Source: a virus | Lineage: Duplodnaviria; Caudoviricetes | Length of the DNA: 64,000 bases | Direction: 5' to 3' (one strand) | IMG/VR virus record: IMGVR_UViG_3300009671_000009 | Location: 64,001 to 128,000 of that record | Shown here: piece after piece, positions 36,523-46,343 of the stretch | Layout of the letters: the number at the start of each line of letters is the position of its first letter | Numbering within the stretch: position 1 is the stretch's first letter | The notes under the pieces: model-generated | Databases searched by the model: none | Told to the model about the DNA's origin: nothing | What the model saw: only the letters and a program-made list of their open reading frames with translations | Program-made: the position numbers and the translations under genes

Positions 36523-37623
36523 TTGATTAAGACCGCCAAAGGCGACCGTGTTTTCATTGACATAGAAAATCATTTCATTGAGCGTTTCAATCCGCTCACA
36601 GGATTTTATGTCCGTAGTGGAGTTATCGCAAATAAACAGGACACGGGCGTTGATCCGTTTATGAGATGTGCTCCTGGATTATTAGATATAGGGATAATGG
36701 GTCATTGTACTCATGCCCATTTATGTACAGTCGGATGTTATCAGGGTGGAACAGGTAACTGCAAACCCAACATGACACTAGATAACTACAGAAAGATCAT
36801 TGATCAATCTAAAGAATTCTTGTTCCAAGTAGCTCTGGGTGGTCACGGAGACCCGAACAAGCATGAGAACTTTGGGGAGATCCTTGAATATACTCGTAGC
36901 AACGAAATCGTCCCTAACTACACTACAAGTGGATTTAACTTAACAGACGAAGAAGTTGCACTAACTAAACGTTTTTGCGGAGCTACAGCAGTTTCATGGT
37001 ATCGTCGAGATTACACGTTAGATGCCATTCGTCGATTCCTCGAAGCAGGATGCAAGACGAATATCCACTATGTTCTGGGAAATGACAGTATCGATGAAGC
37101 CATTGAAAGATTAGAGCAAGGTACTTTCCCTGAAGGAATCAATGCTGTCATTTTCCTTTTACATAAGCCTGTAGGCTGTGGAAGACAAGAAAGTGTTCTA
37201 CAACCTGGCGACCCAAAAGTTAAAAAGTTTTTTGAAATCGTAGATACATGCAATTTCAAACACAAGATAGGCTTTGACTCTTGTACTGTCCCAGGATTAA
37301 TTAACAACACCGAACGAATAAATCAGGATAGTTTCGATACCTGCGAGGGCGGCAGACATTCTGCTTACATTACTCCAGACATGATGATGCTTCCGTGTTC
37401 GTTCGACAATCAGAGTTATGCCTGGGCTGTCAGCTTAGATAGTTACACAGTGCAAGAAGCATGGAAAAGCTCAGAGTTCGACAACTTTCGTAGTCATTTC
37501 CGCAATGCATGTTCTGGCTGCAAAGACAGACAGCTATGTATGTCAGGCTGTCCAATCGTTCCCCAAATAGTATTATGTAATAGAGAAGAGCGAACTGAAA
37601 GATGCGCAAAGTTTGTGGTATAG
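36523..37623 (+). CDS. Radical SAM protein with SPASM domain
   Basis: CTHAHLCTVGCYQ (Cx5Cx3C variant), VALGGHGDP, NYTTSG; SPASM CEGG...PCSF...CSGC..RQLCMSGCP. Confidence 0.9.
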   Translation: MIKTAKGDRVFIDIENHFIERFNPLTGFYVRSGVIANKQDTGVDPFMRCAPGLLDIGIMGHCTHAHLCTVGCYQGGTGNCKPNMTLDNYRKIIDQSKEFLFQVALGGHGDPNKHENFGEILEYTRSNEIVPNYTTSGFNLTDEEVALTKRFCGATAVSWYRRDYTLDAIRRFLEAGCKTNIHYVLGNDSIDEAIERLEQGTFPEGINAVIFLLHKPVGCGRQESVLQPGDPKVKKFFEIVDTCNFKHKIGFDSCTVPGLINNTERINQDSFDTCEGGRHSAYITPDMMMLPCSFDNQSYAWAVSLDSYTVQEAWKSSEFDNFRSHFRNACSGCKDRQLCMSGCPIVPQIVLCNREERTERCAKFVV

Positions 37624-37744
37624 GATACAAAATTATAGAGTCTAAGGCACACAATCTTAGACTCTATGCCGTATGGTACAAACAGATGCCCATCTGTTAG
37701 TGGATGGAAATTCAAATATTGCAATCGAGAGGAGAGGATCGCAT

Positions 37745-37993
37745 ATGAAAGTACGCTCTGATTTCGTAACAAACTCATCTAGCTCTAGCTTTGTGATAGC
37801 CAAATATCTGTTGAGTGAATATCAACTTGATCAATTAGTTGAATATTCTTGCTCTGACAAGAACACTGATGGCTGGAGAATTACACAAGACGACAATTAC
37901 GTCGATGGATTCACTATGATGGATAACGATGCCATTAATGAATTCTTTGATAAAATTGGCATTAAGCCAGAACACGTGAGGTGGGGCGAATGA
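37745..37993 (+). CDS. TNSSSSS-motif protein 1
   Basis: MKVRSDFVTNSSSSSFVIA; GAGGA SD. Confidence 0.85.
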   Translation: MKVRSDFVTNSSSSSFVIAKYLLSEYQLDQLVEYSCSDKNTDGWRITQDDNYVDGFTMMDNDAINEFFDKIGIKPEHVRWGE

Positions 37994-38379
37994 AAATACG
38001 ATGTGATTTTGTGACAAACTCTAGCAGTTCTAGCTTTATTATAGCAGTTGATCCTGCAAAGTTTGGAACTACCAAAGATGAATTCGTCAGATGCGTTACT
38101 TTATATGCATCAGTATTTGGGATTAAGCCAGTTATTATAGCCGATAAGGAAAAAGTAGACAATCTCTTTTTACAAGACTGGGGTTGTAAAGATCAGTCAC
38201 TTGAAGAAGTCATTGAAGAAAACGGTCTTGCTGACAGATACAACAATTTTGTTGATGCTATCAATAAAGACATGGTTCTGATAGAACAAGAGATCGAACA
38301 AGGAGATTGCGACAGACCATGGATTCTAGAGAAGGCAGAAAAAGAAGGTCTTCTTAAAGTTCTTGATGGAGAATACTAA
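37990..38379 (+). CDS. TNSSSSS-motif protein 2
   Basis: MKIRCDFVTNSSSSSFIIA. Confidence 0.85.
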   Translation: MKIRCDFVTNSSSSSFIIAVDPAKFGTTKDEFVRCVTLYASVFGIKPVIIADKEKVDNLFLQDWGCKDQSLEEVIEENGLADRYNNFVDAINKDMVLIEQEIEQGDCDRPWILEKAEKEGLLKVLDGEY

Positions 38380-38711
38380 TGAAAACGAGACTCGATTTTG
38401 TTACTAATTCTAGTAGCTCTAGTTTTATTGTAGCGACTAAGCTCAAAGTACCTTCTGATGAGTCAAAGAAACTCATTAAAGAGGTAGCCTATGCAATGGG
38501 AGCACACGAAATAGCACTGGAACTGGCCGACCTAGAAGAATTTTTTGAAGAAATTTGTGGTTCAAAAGATCGCTGGGGGCTGTACGAAAAGAGAGCTTAT
38601 GAAGAAGCTATAGCGTTAATTTCCCAGGGGAATATCATTTATACCACAAGCATTTCAAGTGACGATCCGACGTATACTCTTCGTGGTCAGGTGCTATACT
38701 GTTATTGTTAA
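38379..38711 (+). CDS. TNSSSSS-motif protein 3
   Basis: MKTRLDFVTNSSSSSFIVA. Confidence 0.85.
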   Translation: MKTRLDFVTNSSSSSFIVATKLKVPSDESKKLIKEVAYAMGAHEIALELADLEEFFEEICGSKDRWGLYEKRAYEEAIALISQGNIIYTTSISSDDPTYTLRGQVLYCYC

Positions 38712-38720
38712 GGAGGAAAA

Positions 38721-39053
38721 ATGAAAGTAAGGATTGATTTTGTAACGAATTCTAGCAGCTCTAGTTTTATTATTCTAGGAATGTATGCTAGCGACTGGAA
38801 AGAATTAGGGTTGCCTCTTGAGGAAGAGTCAGATTATGACAGTCCACAAGTAAGCGATGAATTCTTCGAGACAGTTTATGACGGAGATAGTGATACTTAC
38901 TCTATCTCGATCAGTAATCTGGTTAGACAAATGCACAGTCACAGTATTAATGATCTCAAACAAATGTATGTAGATAAAGTTAAAGAACTATACGGTAAGG
39001 AAATTTCTACCAAAGATGTAAGCTTTGACTTTGGAGGATGGTACAATGGCTAA
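38721..39053 (+). CDS. TNSSSSS-motif protein 4
   Basis: MKVRIDFVTNSSSSSFIIL. Confidence 0.85.
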   Translation: MKVRIDFVTNSSSSSFIILGMYASDWKELGLPLEEESDYDSPQVSDEFFETVYDGDSDTYSISISNLVRQMHSHSINDLKQMYVDKVKELYGKEISTKDVSFDFGGWYNG

Positions 39054-39387
39054 GATTAGAACGGACTTTGTCACTAATAGCTCAAGTTCTAGTTTTGTAA
39101 TTGCACTTCGCGAAGATGTAACTGTAGATGACATCAGGGAACTTTTCAACATAGAAGATATCAAAAAGTTCCTTGAGGATTATTACGATGAAGAAAATTA
39201 TACACCAGAAGAAGTTTTAGATGATATTGTGTCTATGCTTATGAGAGATGCCAAACATGGTATTCATCTGGGAAATTGGAAAGTATCTGCCTCAGAATTT
39301 TCCAATGAAGGGGAACCTCATATATCGTATTTCTATGAGAGTGGATATATCGATACTGATAAAATTAAGGTGCGTGGTTTCTATTGA
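39046..39387 (+). CDS. TNSSSSS-motif protein 5
   Basis: MAKIRTDFVTNSSSSSFVIA. Confidence 0.85.
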   Translation: MAKIRTDFVTNSSSSSFVIALREDVTVDDIRELFNIEDIKKFLEDYYDEENYTPEEVLDDIVSMLMRDAKHGIHLGNWKVSASEFSNEGEPHISYFYESGYIDTDKIKVRGFY

Positions 39388-39947
39388 AATACCGTTTAGA
39401 TTTCGTAACAAATTCAAGTTCATCAAGTTATACTTGCGACATCTGTGGACATACCGATTCTGGATGGGACATTAGTGTTTCGGAGTGCAGCATGTTTGAA
39501 TGCGAAGAAGGGCATATACTATGTACCAGACATGCGAAACCCGTTGAGACAGAAAGCCTTCGTGCCTTTCTTACAGAGGAAATAACGAACTCAAAATCCC
39601 AAAGTGAAGCCAGACTAATCTCACCACCAGAAGAAAAACCTTCTTGGTTCAGCGAAAAGAATGAAAGAAGAGATCTAGCTGAGTATATAAAATTGCTAGA
39701 AGAGCTTCCAGCTATGGACAAAAATGACATGATGGAAATAGCACGAGATTGCTATAGCTGGGATTGTGAACGTCCAAGTGCATTTTGTCCACTGTGCCAG
39801 TTAGAGGCTATCTCGTCCGACGATGTGCTTCTATATCTCGCAAAGAAGCACAATGTTTCCAAGGCATCTGTTTTGGCAGAAGTCAAAGAGATGTTCGGCT
39901 CTTACGCTGATTTCAAGAGGTATTTGAGAAATGAAGACAAGAAGTGA
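39384..39947 (+). CDS. TNSSSSS-motif protein 6 (Cys-rich)
   Basis: MKYRLDFVTNSSSSSYTCDICG...CEEGHILC..H...CPLC. Confidence 0.85.
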   Translation: MKYRLDFVTNSSSSSYTCDICGHTDSGWDISVSECSMFECEEGHILCTRHAKPVETESLRAFLTEEITNSKSQSEARLISPPEEKPSWFSEKNERRDLAEYIKLLEELPAMDKNDMMEIARDCYSWDCERPSAFCPLCQLEAISSDDVLLYLAKKHNVSKASVLAEVKEMFGSYADFKRYLRNEDKK

Positions 39948-40236
39948 CTTCGTCACCAATTCTAGCTCGTCAAGTTTCATTATTGCCACCAAAGGAAATC
40001 TAACAGAGGCAGAATTTATGGATCGCTTCGGCGTCCCTAAGGAAGAATACGGGTGTACACAAGAAGAAATTGAACAATATTGGGGCAAAATTCTTGATCT
40101 TTTAGATAAAGGATTTATTGTCTCTGAGGGAGACGCTTGGAGTGATGGCGGCGAAATCGAGGCAATGATCTGCAATGCGCCACATCGTATAATCGAAAAA
40201 GACGATTTATATATCGAATTCGGTGGCGGATATTAA
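39931..40236 (+). CDS. TNSSSSS-motif protein 7
   Basis: MKTRSDFVTNSSSSSFIIA. Confidence 0.85.
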   Translation: MKTRSDFVTNSSSSSFIIATKGNLTEAEFMDRFGVPKEEYGCTQEEIEQYWGKILDLLDKGFIVSEGDAWSDGGEIEAMICNAPHRIIEKDDLYIEFGGGY

Positions 40237-40237
40237 T

Positions 40238-40260
40238 AGGCTGGGGGCAACTCCAGCCTT
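40238..40260 (+). terminator. Hairpin closing the TNSSSSS array
   Basis: AGGCTGGGG-GCAA-CTCCAGCCT. Confidence 0.6.
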
Positions 40261-40290
40261 GCTCATTAAACTATAAAGGAGATGTTATAA

Positions 40291-40818
40291 GTGGGTTTAG
40301 ATATGTATCTGTACAAGACTAAGAAAATAAAAGACATGACAAGCCAAGAGTATGAAACAGTTGATGATTTTGTATCCAAGCAAAAACTAACTAGCGACAC
40401 GGATATTGACCTTGAGAAAGAATTGAATATCGCAGGAGCTAACGAGCTTAAGCAATGTATTGATACTAGAGGACAATACATTAGCTGGCAATCTATTTTT
40501 GAAGAAGTTGGATACTGGAGAAAATCAAATCAAATCCATAATTGGTTTGTTGATAATGTCCAAGGTGGCGAAGATGAATGCAGACCGCACCTAGTTTCTA
40601 TTGATGACTTAAAGAAGCTGCGGGATCTTTGCAATCAGGTATTACAAGATCCTTCAAAAGCACCAGAGCTTTTGCCGACATTATCTGGCTTCTTCTTTGG
40701 TGGCACAGAATACGACGAATGGTATTTTAATGATCTCAAAGAAACTATCAATATTATTGACAAAGCACTTGGATCAGTAAGCGAAGAAGATACTTTTGTA
40801 TACCGATCATCCTGGTAA
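40291..40818 (+). CDS. Conserved phage hypothetical protein (MGLDMYL / YWRK.NQIH family)
   Basis: MGLDMYL...GYWRKSNQIHNWFV..VQ.G.D.C...LLPT..GFFFGGTEYDEWY...YRSSW. Confidence 0.8.
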   Translation: MGLDMYLYKTKKIKDMTSQEYETVDDFVSKQKLTSDTDIDLEKELNIAGANELKQCIDTRGQYISWQSIFEEVGYWRKSNQIHNWFVDNVQGGEDECRPHLVSIDDLKKLRDLCNQVLQDPSKAPELLPTLSGFFFGGTEYDEWYFNDLKETINIIDKALGSVSEEDTFVYRSSW

Positions 40819-41439
40819 GAAAGGCTAACAACAATGGCAAAATTTAGAGTTCCAATTTGGTGGTATGAATTACACAGCTATGATTTCATCATCGAAGCTA
40901 ACGACAAACGCGACGCACAAGAAAGAGCCATGCGTAAATTCCAATCGGGAGATTTCGATCCGAAGAGAACCTTCAGCGATTATGGCGAATACGGCATAGA
41001 CGAAATTACGGAGGTCAAATAGTGAAATACGAAGATCTTTCTGAATCACAAAAGGATTTTTGTGCAGAGTTAACTGCGGATTTTGAAGATGAGTTCTATA
41101 TTAATATAGACCGCGCATTATCTTCTGGTGCATTATCAGAAGAGGATATGAAAGAGCTATCTTTCATACAAGCAATTTTTATCATTACTGCAAGATCTTT
41201 CAACACGAGATCTCCGCGAGTGAATTCGATTGTTGACAACTTGCGTAACTTTATCTGAAAGGAGATCCCAAATGATCTGTCCAAATTGCAATGCCGACAT
41301 CAATGACTATGAAGTCTACTGTCCTGTATGTGACATCGATCTAACCGAAGTCAATTTCTTTGACGGCGATACTGAGTTGGTTGAGCAAATAGCAGAGGTG
41401 TAAGCCTCTGCCCGCAATTATATATAGAGGTGATTTATA

Positions 41440-42030
41440 ATGGGTTTAAGAGAAGACATCTTAAGTTGCAGAGCTTGCAGTCTATGGGATACATACAAAC
41501 AAAATGTTCCCTTTGAAGGGAACACGGAAGCAGAACTAATGTTTATCGGCAGAGATCCAGGCGATGTGGAAGTTAAGCTCCTTAGACCTTTTGTTGGCCC
41601 AGCAGGGCAAGTATTTCGTCAAGACATACTTGCATCGGTTGGAATACCAGAAAACCAGGTTTATATTTCCAACATAGTATGCTGCCGACCCAGAGGTAAC
41701 GTTGCCACTAGTAGAGATCTGTCATGGCCTTGTGCCGATAGGCATGTCAGAAGAGCCATTGGGGAAATACAACCGAAAGCAATTGTGACACTTGGTAAAG
41801 AAGCAACAGAATATGCACTCGGGTATATAATCCCGTCCATGGGAGGAACTAGAGGTAAGTTGTTGTATTTCAAAGGAACTAAAATACCTGTAATTCCCAC
41901 ATGGCATCCATCATATATACTAAGGCTCCAAAGTATTAACCCAACTGAGGCAGAGCTTCGTAGGACGCAGTCGATAAATGATATACTTACTGCTTTACAG
42001 TATTGCGAAAAGTTACGTAGTATGGTATAA
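41440..42030 (+). CDS. Uracil-DNA glycosylase family 4 ([4Fe-4S])
   Basis: CRACSL, FIGRDPG..E....RPFVGPAG, NIVCCRP..N, TWHPSY. Confidence 0.9.
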   Translation: MGLREDILSCRACSLWDTYKQNVPFEGNTEAELMFIGRDPGDVEVKLLRPFVGPAGQVFRQDILASVGIPENQVYISNIVCCRPRGNVATSRDLSWPCADRHVRRAIGEIQPKAIVTLGKEATEYALGYIIPSMGGTRGKLLYFKGTKIPVIPTWHPSYILRLQSINPTEAELRRTQSINDILTALQYCEKLRSMV

Positions 42031-42031
42031 T
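42003..42031 (+). promoter_or_regulatory. Sigma70-type promoter for dam
   Basis: TTGCGA-17 nt-TATAAT with extended TG. Confidence 0.65.
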
Positions 42032-42053
42032 ATAGCTATGATGGGAGGGAAAC

Positions 42054-42875
42054 ATGAAACCGTTTTTAAAATGGGCTGGAGGAAAATATAGATTAGTAGA
42101 CCTAATAGTAAAATCTTTAGGTCAAGGAAACCGCCTAATAGAACCTTTCGCTGGCAGCTGTGCTGTTTCATTAAATACTAATTATAACTCATATTGGATT
42201 AATGATGTTAATAATGACTTAATATCTTTGTATTCAATAATTGTGGGAGATGATTCTGGGTTTAATTCTTTGATTAAATGTATCGAACGATGGTTTAATA
42301 ATGGAAATAATCCAGCTACATATTATCAGGCCAGAAATCAATTCAATCAGGAGAAAAATCTTATTGATAAAGCGGCCTTATTTATATATTTAAATAGACA
42401 TTGTTTTAATGGACTGTGTCGTTACAATCTTAAAGGTCAATTTAATGTGCCATTTGGAAAATACAAAACGATTCATTATCCTGTAGAGGAGCTACAAACA
42501 TTCCGTTCTAAGTTACAAAACGCAAAGTTTACCTGTTGTGACTTTAGAGATGTAATGTCTAACGCCGATAAGGGTGATGTGATATATTGTGACCCGCCAT
42601 ATGTTCCTATTAGCAAGACATCAAATTTCACTGCCTATGCACCTGGGATATTTGGCCCTGCAGACCAACGGGACTTAGTTACTTTAGCCGAAGAAGTAAG
42701 TGGACGAGGAATTACGGTTGTCATATCTAATCATTATAATGAAGCAACTAAAGAGCTGTATAAAAATTCAGAAATGATTGTTTTCCCAGTCAACAGATCA
42801 ATTAGTTGTAACGCCAATAACAGACAAGCGGTCGAAGAAATTTTGGCTGTTTATAAACAGGAGGCCAAGACATGA
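42054..42875 (+). CDS. dam: Dam-family DNA adenine methyltransferase
   Basis: FLKWAGGK, EPFAGS, LNRHCFNGLCRYN..FNVPFG, YCDPPY. Confidence 0.95.
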   Translation: MKPFLKWAGGKYRLVDLIVKSLGQGNRLIEPFAGSCAVSLNTNYNSYWINDVNNDLISLYSIIVGDDSGFNSLIKCIERWFNNGNNPATYYQARNQFNQEKNLIDKAALFIYLNRHCFNGLCRYNLKGQFNVPFGKYKTIHYPVEELQTFRSKLQNAKFTCCDFRDVMSNADKGDVIYCDPPYVPISKTSNFTAYAPGIFGPADQRDLVTLAEEVSGRGITVVISNHYNEATKELYKNSEMIVFPVNRSISCNANNRQAVEEILAVYKQEAKT

Positions 42876-43351
42876 ATCAAGGACGAACAGCCAATATGCA
42901 AGGTGCCAATCTAGAAGGAATTGTAATTGACACTATGTGTCGTAAAGGCCTTGCTTTAGTTAATTATGTCGATTGGATTAAACGTCCACAAAAGTATGGC
43001 GAAGAACTTCTTTTAAAGAACGTTCCATATACGTCTATATATGGGCATGAAGGCCGTACGGAATTTAAAATTAAATCTTGCCGATATGGCGAATATAGAA
43101 TTGAATGCAAATGGCAACAAGTCGCTGGAAGCGTAGATGAAAAATTCCCGTATGTTTATTTAAATTGTGTAGAAAGTCTACCAGAAAAAAATATAATTAT
43201 CTTAGTGGATGGTGGTGGAGCCAAAGATGGTGCCGTTCGTTGGCTAAAGAGCGCAGCTGCTAACAAATTATTTATCAAGGATATTGATAAAAATATAAAA
43301 GTAATGGATCTACGTGATTTTATTGTATGGGCAAATACAAATTTTAGGTAG
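42872..43351 (+). CDS. PD-(D/E)XK nuclease coupled to dam
   Basis: GRTEF...RIECKWQQVAGSVDEKFPY; ATGA overlap with dam. Confidence 0.75.
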   Translation: MNQGRTANMQGANLEGIVIDTMCRKGLALVNYVDWIKRPQKYGEELLLKNVPYTSIYGHEGRTEFKIKSCRYGEYRIECKWQQVAGSVDEKFPYVYLNCVESLPEKNIIILVDGGGAKDGAVRWLKSAAANKLFIKDIDKNIKVMDLRDFIVWANTNFR

Positions 43352-43687
43352 GAGAGAATACACTGTTGACTAATAAAAACATTATCATCAGAAAGACTCC
43401 GTTTGTAGCTGACTACGATCTTAGCGACGATGTCATTGCTTTTATACAAGCCTGGTCAGCCATGATAGACTGGAACAAATATAAAGCAATTATCTTTGTT
43501 GATGTTGCAAACATTTTCTTCTTGTTGTTTAGTATCAAAAATGATGCGCTGGAAAATTGCTACGTCGCAAAGCTGATAGAAGATCTATGGTACATGGAAC
43601 TTGATCGGGTAAAAACATGGGATCGTATTAATAACCTAATATCGATTCTTGAAACGAAAAACGAAATAACACTAGGAGGTTTCTTTA

Positions 43688-44098
43688 ATGGCATACCAGG
43701 AAACTCATAAAAAAGTAGAGTTCCGCATTAAGCCTTGGGTAATCCGTTTGGCTCAATGGGTCTTAATTGGTGCTCTCTTTGTGGGGCCTGTTGTTACACT
43801 GTTACTTTCTGTTAAAGATAAGGCAACAATACGCAAAGAATTTGCGGTAGAGATTGGAGAATATCAACTCACAATCAAAGATAACAAAAGGGAAATCGCT
43901 CAGCTAAAATCCCAAATCGCTGAGCTTGACAAAGAAAAGATTGAAATCTCCACAGAGCTTAAGGTGAAAGACAAGTTGGTACAGCAATTATTAAACAAGA
44001 TTTCGGAATTAGAAAGATCTCGTAAAGTGATTAATGTGCCTGATGGCTCTGTGTTAAAAATAGAAAGTCAAAAAGTGGAAGGGCATGATCAGCAATAG
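43688..44098 (+). CDS. Single-TM coiled-coil protein
   Basis: Hydrophobic WVLIGALFVGPVVTLLL followed by heptads. Confidence 0.65.
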   Translation: MAYQETHKKVEFRIKPWVIRLAQWVLIGALFVGPVVTLLLSVKDKATIRKEFAVEIGEYQLTIKDNKREIAQLKSQIAELDKEKIEISTELKVKDKLVQQLLNKISELERSRKVINVPDGSVLKIESQKVEGHDQQ

Positions 44099-44133
44099 AT
44101 CATGCCTTAGCCCACATTCTAAAGGAGACAACG

Positions 44134-44748
44134 ATGAGTAAAGAAAACGAATTAGTTTTATGTTTGGACGGAGTACCTCCCTTTGTAGGCGTGGTAGAAG
44201 ACTATAAGTTTGAAGCCGATCCAAAATACATGTCTTTTCAAAGACGTGGCGACTGTGAAACCGACGAGACCAAACGTCAGATTATTCCCTACATAATAGT
44301 ATTAGACGAGGATGAGGGTAACAAGCTTACGGTACTCACCTACAAACGTGGACGTCAAGGCAACGAAGAGAGGCTTCATGATCTATATACCTTCGGAGTA
44401 GGAGGACACATCAATACTGGAGATGTAGTCTTTAATGGAAGTGACACAGTTATGAACGCTGTGTTTCGGGAAATCGAAGAAGAAATAGGTCTGAATTCTG
44501 AAGACTTTAGCTTTATAAGTCACATAGGATGGGTTGCATTAGACTCAACTCCAGTAGATAAAGTGCATCTTGGAAAGATTTATATTGCAGTTATCGAAAA
44601 GGGATCTATACCCAAAATCAAACCCGAAGCAGGGGCTTTTGAAGAAACGAAGTTCATGGGTCTAGAAGAGCTGGGAGCGCTAAACCTGGAAGGTTGGTCA
44701 CGAGCCATTCTTCCAGAAATAAAAAAATTGATAACATCCAAGATATAA
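44134..44748 (+). CDS. NUDIX-family phosphoesterase
   Basis: RQIIPY, EERLH....GVGGHIN, REIEEEIG, VDKVHLG, LEGWS. Confidence 0.87.
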   Translation: MSKENELVLCLDGVPPFVGVVEDYKFEADPKYMSFQRRGDCETDETKRQIIPYIIVLDEDEGNKLTVLTYKRGRQGNEERLHDLYTFGVGGHINTGDVVFNGSDTVMNAVFREIEEEIGLNSEDFSFISHIGWVALDSTPVDKVHLGKIYIAVIEKGSIPKIKPEAGAFEETKFMGLEELGALNLEGWSRAILPEIKKLITSKI

Positions 44749-45504
44749 AAATGTACGGTGGGCACCGATGCAGGGAAGACGTGGCTATGATACAGTCGGT
44801 GTAAGCGCCGATGGCAAACAATCCTCAACCGTCTAAGTCCTGCACTGTTTGATATCTATGGAGGAGACTTCAGGGATGAAATAATCCGAAGACTTGAAAG
44901 GATGATGCAATGTGAGTGAAGCGCTAAACAAAGTAGATGATTATGCAAGATCTGTTCTCAGAGAATTGTTAGATCAGTGCACTCCTGCACAGCAGGACTT
45001 GTTTAGAAGGCTATACATATCAATGCCAGAGACAATGCCTCCAGATAAACTAAGATGGGCGATTATACAATGTGAAAACACTGTCAAGTCGAACAAACTG
45101 AAGACAGAGGAGAAACAATGAAACAAATCACAACCTTTGAAGGATATTACGACGAGGAAGCTGGCTGGGAATTTGATATGCCAATCATAATGGTTCTTCC
45201 CACTTTTAGATGGGGAGAAGGCGGGAACTCTGGACACGTAGATAGTATGGTTGAAGACTATCTAATCGACTGGGGATGCGATGGTCAGCAACCAGAAGAC
45301 GAGTCATGTGATGATTTCGAAATGTCTATAATTAAAGAAGAGTTCGAAGCAGCCAAGGAAGGAAAACCAAAGAGTCCTGGTCAGTCTTACTGGAAGCGTG
45401 TCATCGAATGGGATCCAGACGATGAAGATTGTAATTGGAAAACTCTAGAATCAATAGGATGAGGTATTAGTGAACAACGAGACAAGGTTGCATCCGAAAA
45501 GAAC

Positions 45505-45669
45505 ATGAAGAAAGTAGCGCAGCTTGACTTAAACAATAATGTTATTGCAATATATAACAGTATTAAGGATGCAGCAAAATCAATAGGGTGTAATCAGTGC
45601 GGCATCTCTGCCTGCATCACTGGTAGACAAAAAATGTCACATGGATACTTATGGAAAGAGGCAAAGTAG
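45505..45669 (+). CDS. Stand-alone NUMOD1 DNA-binding domain (homing endonuclease remnant)
   Basis: MKKVAQLDLNNNVIAIYNSIKDAAKSIG...ISAC.TG...GYLWK; below the ORF-track cutoff. Confidence 0.65.
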   Translation: MKKVAQLDLNNNVIAIYNSIKDAAKSIGCNQCGISACITGRQKMSHGYLWKEAK

Positions 45670-45671
45670 TA

Positions 45672-46343
45672 ATGAATTTGGGAGTAATTGGCAAACTGGG
45701 AAGTGGCAAGACCACGGCTGCAAATTTTATAATTGACAACTACGGTTACATAAGATTGAGTCTTGCAACGCCCATTAAAGAGATTATGAAAGAGTACCTA
45801 GATATCAAAGACAAAACAGATCCAAGATATCGTAAGGTGGCTCAAACAATTGGAACAGATTGGTTTCGATCAATCGACGATAAAGTATGGGTTAAACACC
45901 TGATGAAGAGAGCTGGGCGACTCAAGAACAAAAGCGTTGTATGTGATGATGTTCGATTCTTGAATGAAGCAGAAACACTCTTAGGCAATCGATGGGTTTT
46001 AATTTACTTAGATTGTCCGCTTGAGATTCGCAAAGCAAGATGTATTGATCGCGATGGCACCTTTGATGATGCTACGGTCAATCACCCTTCTGAGACAGGC
46101 GTTGACGATATAATGAAACAATTTGGAAATGATCCGTTCCTGATTACGGTTGATGCTAGCGGTACTGTTGAGAATACCAACAACGGTCTTAGAGCAGCAC
46201 TAGCAAAACTAGGCATCCGTCCATTGCCAGATTGGTTCATTAAACTTAAGAAAGGAGATTTGAAAAATTGGCTATCGAAGACTGGGGGGCAAAAGCTGCA
46301 CTCTATGAAAACAAAGTTAAGGCAATTCGTATCCTCCCTATGA
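45672..46343 (+). CDS. Deoxynucleoside monophosphate kinase-like P-loop protein
   Basis: GKLGSGKTT, ATPIKE, R...QTIGT, DDVRFLNE, HPSE. Confidence 0.85.
   Translation: MNLGVIGKLGSGKTTAANFIIDNYGYIRLSLATPIKEIMKEYLDIKDKTDPRYRKVAQTIGTDWFRSIDDKVWVKHLMKRAGRLKNKSVVCDDVRFLNEAETLLGNRWVLIYLDCPLEIRKARCIDRDGTFDDATVNHPSETGVDDIMKQFGNDPFLITVDASGTVENTNNGLRAALAKLGIRPLPDWFIKLKKGDLKNWLSKTGGQKLHSMKTKLRQFVSSL

Noticed and set aside
37603-37700. Short ORF MRKVCGIGYK... between the radical SAM gene and the array as a RiPP precursor
   Set aside because: It lacks the TNSSSSS motif and an SD, overlaps an 11-bp inverted repeat, and looks more like a homing-endonuclease N-terminal remnant.
37745-39990. Regularly recurring similar sequence as a CRISPR array or DNA repeat
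   Set aside because: Units are 250-560 bp apart, differ at synonymous positions and are the 5' ends of ORFs, so this is a protein motif.
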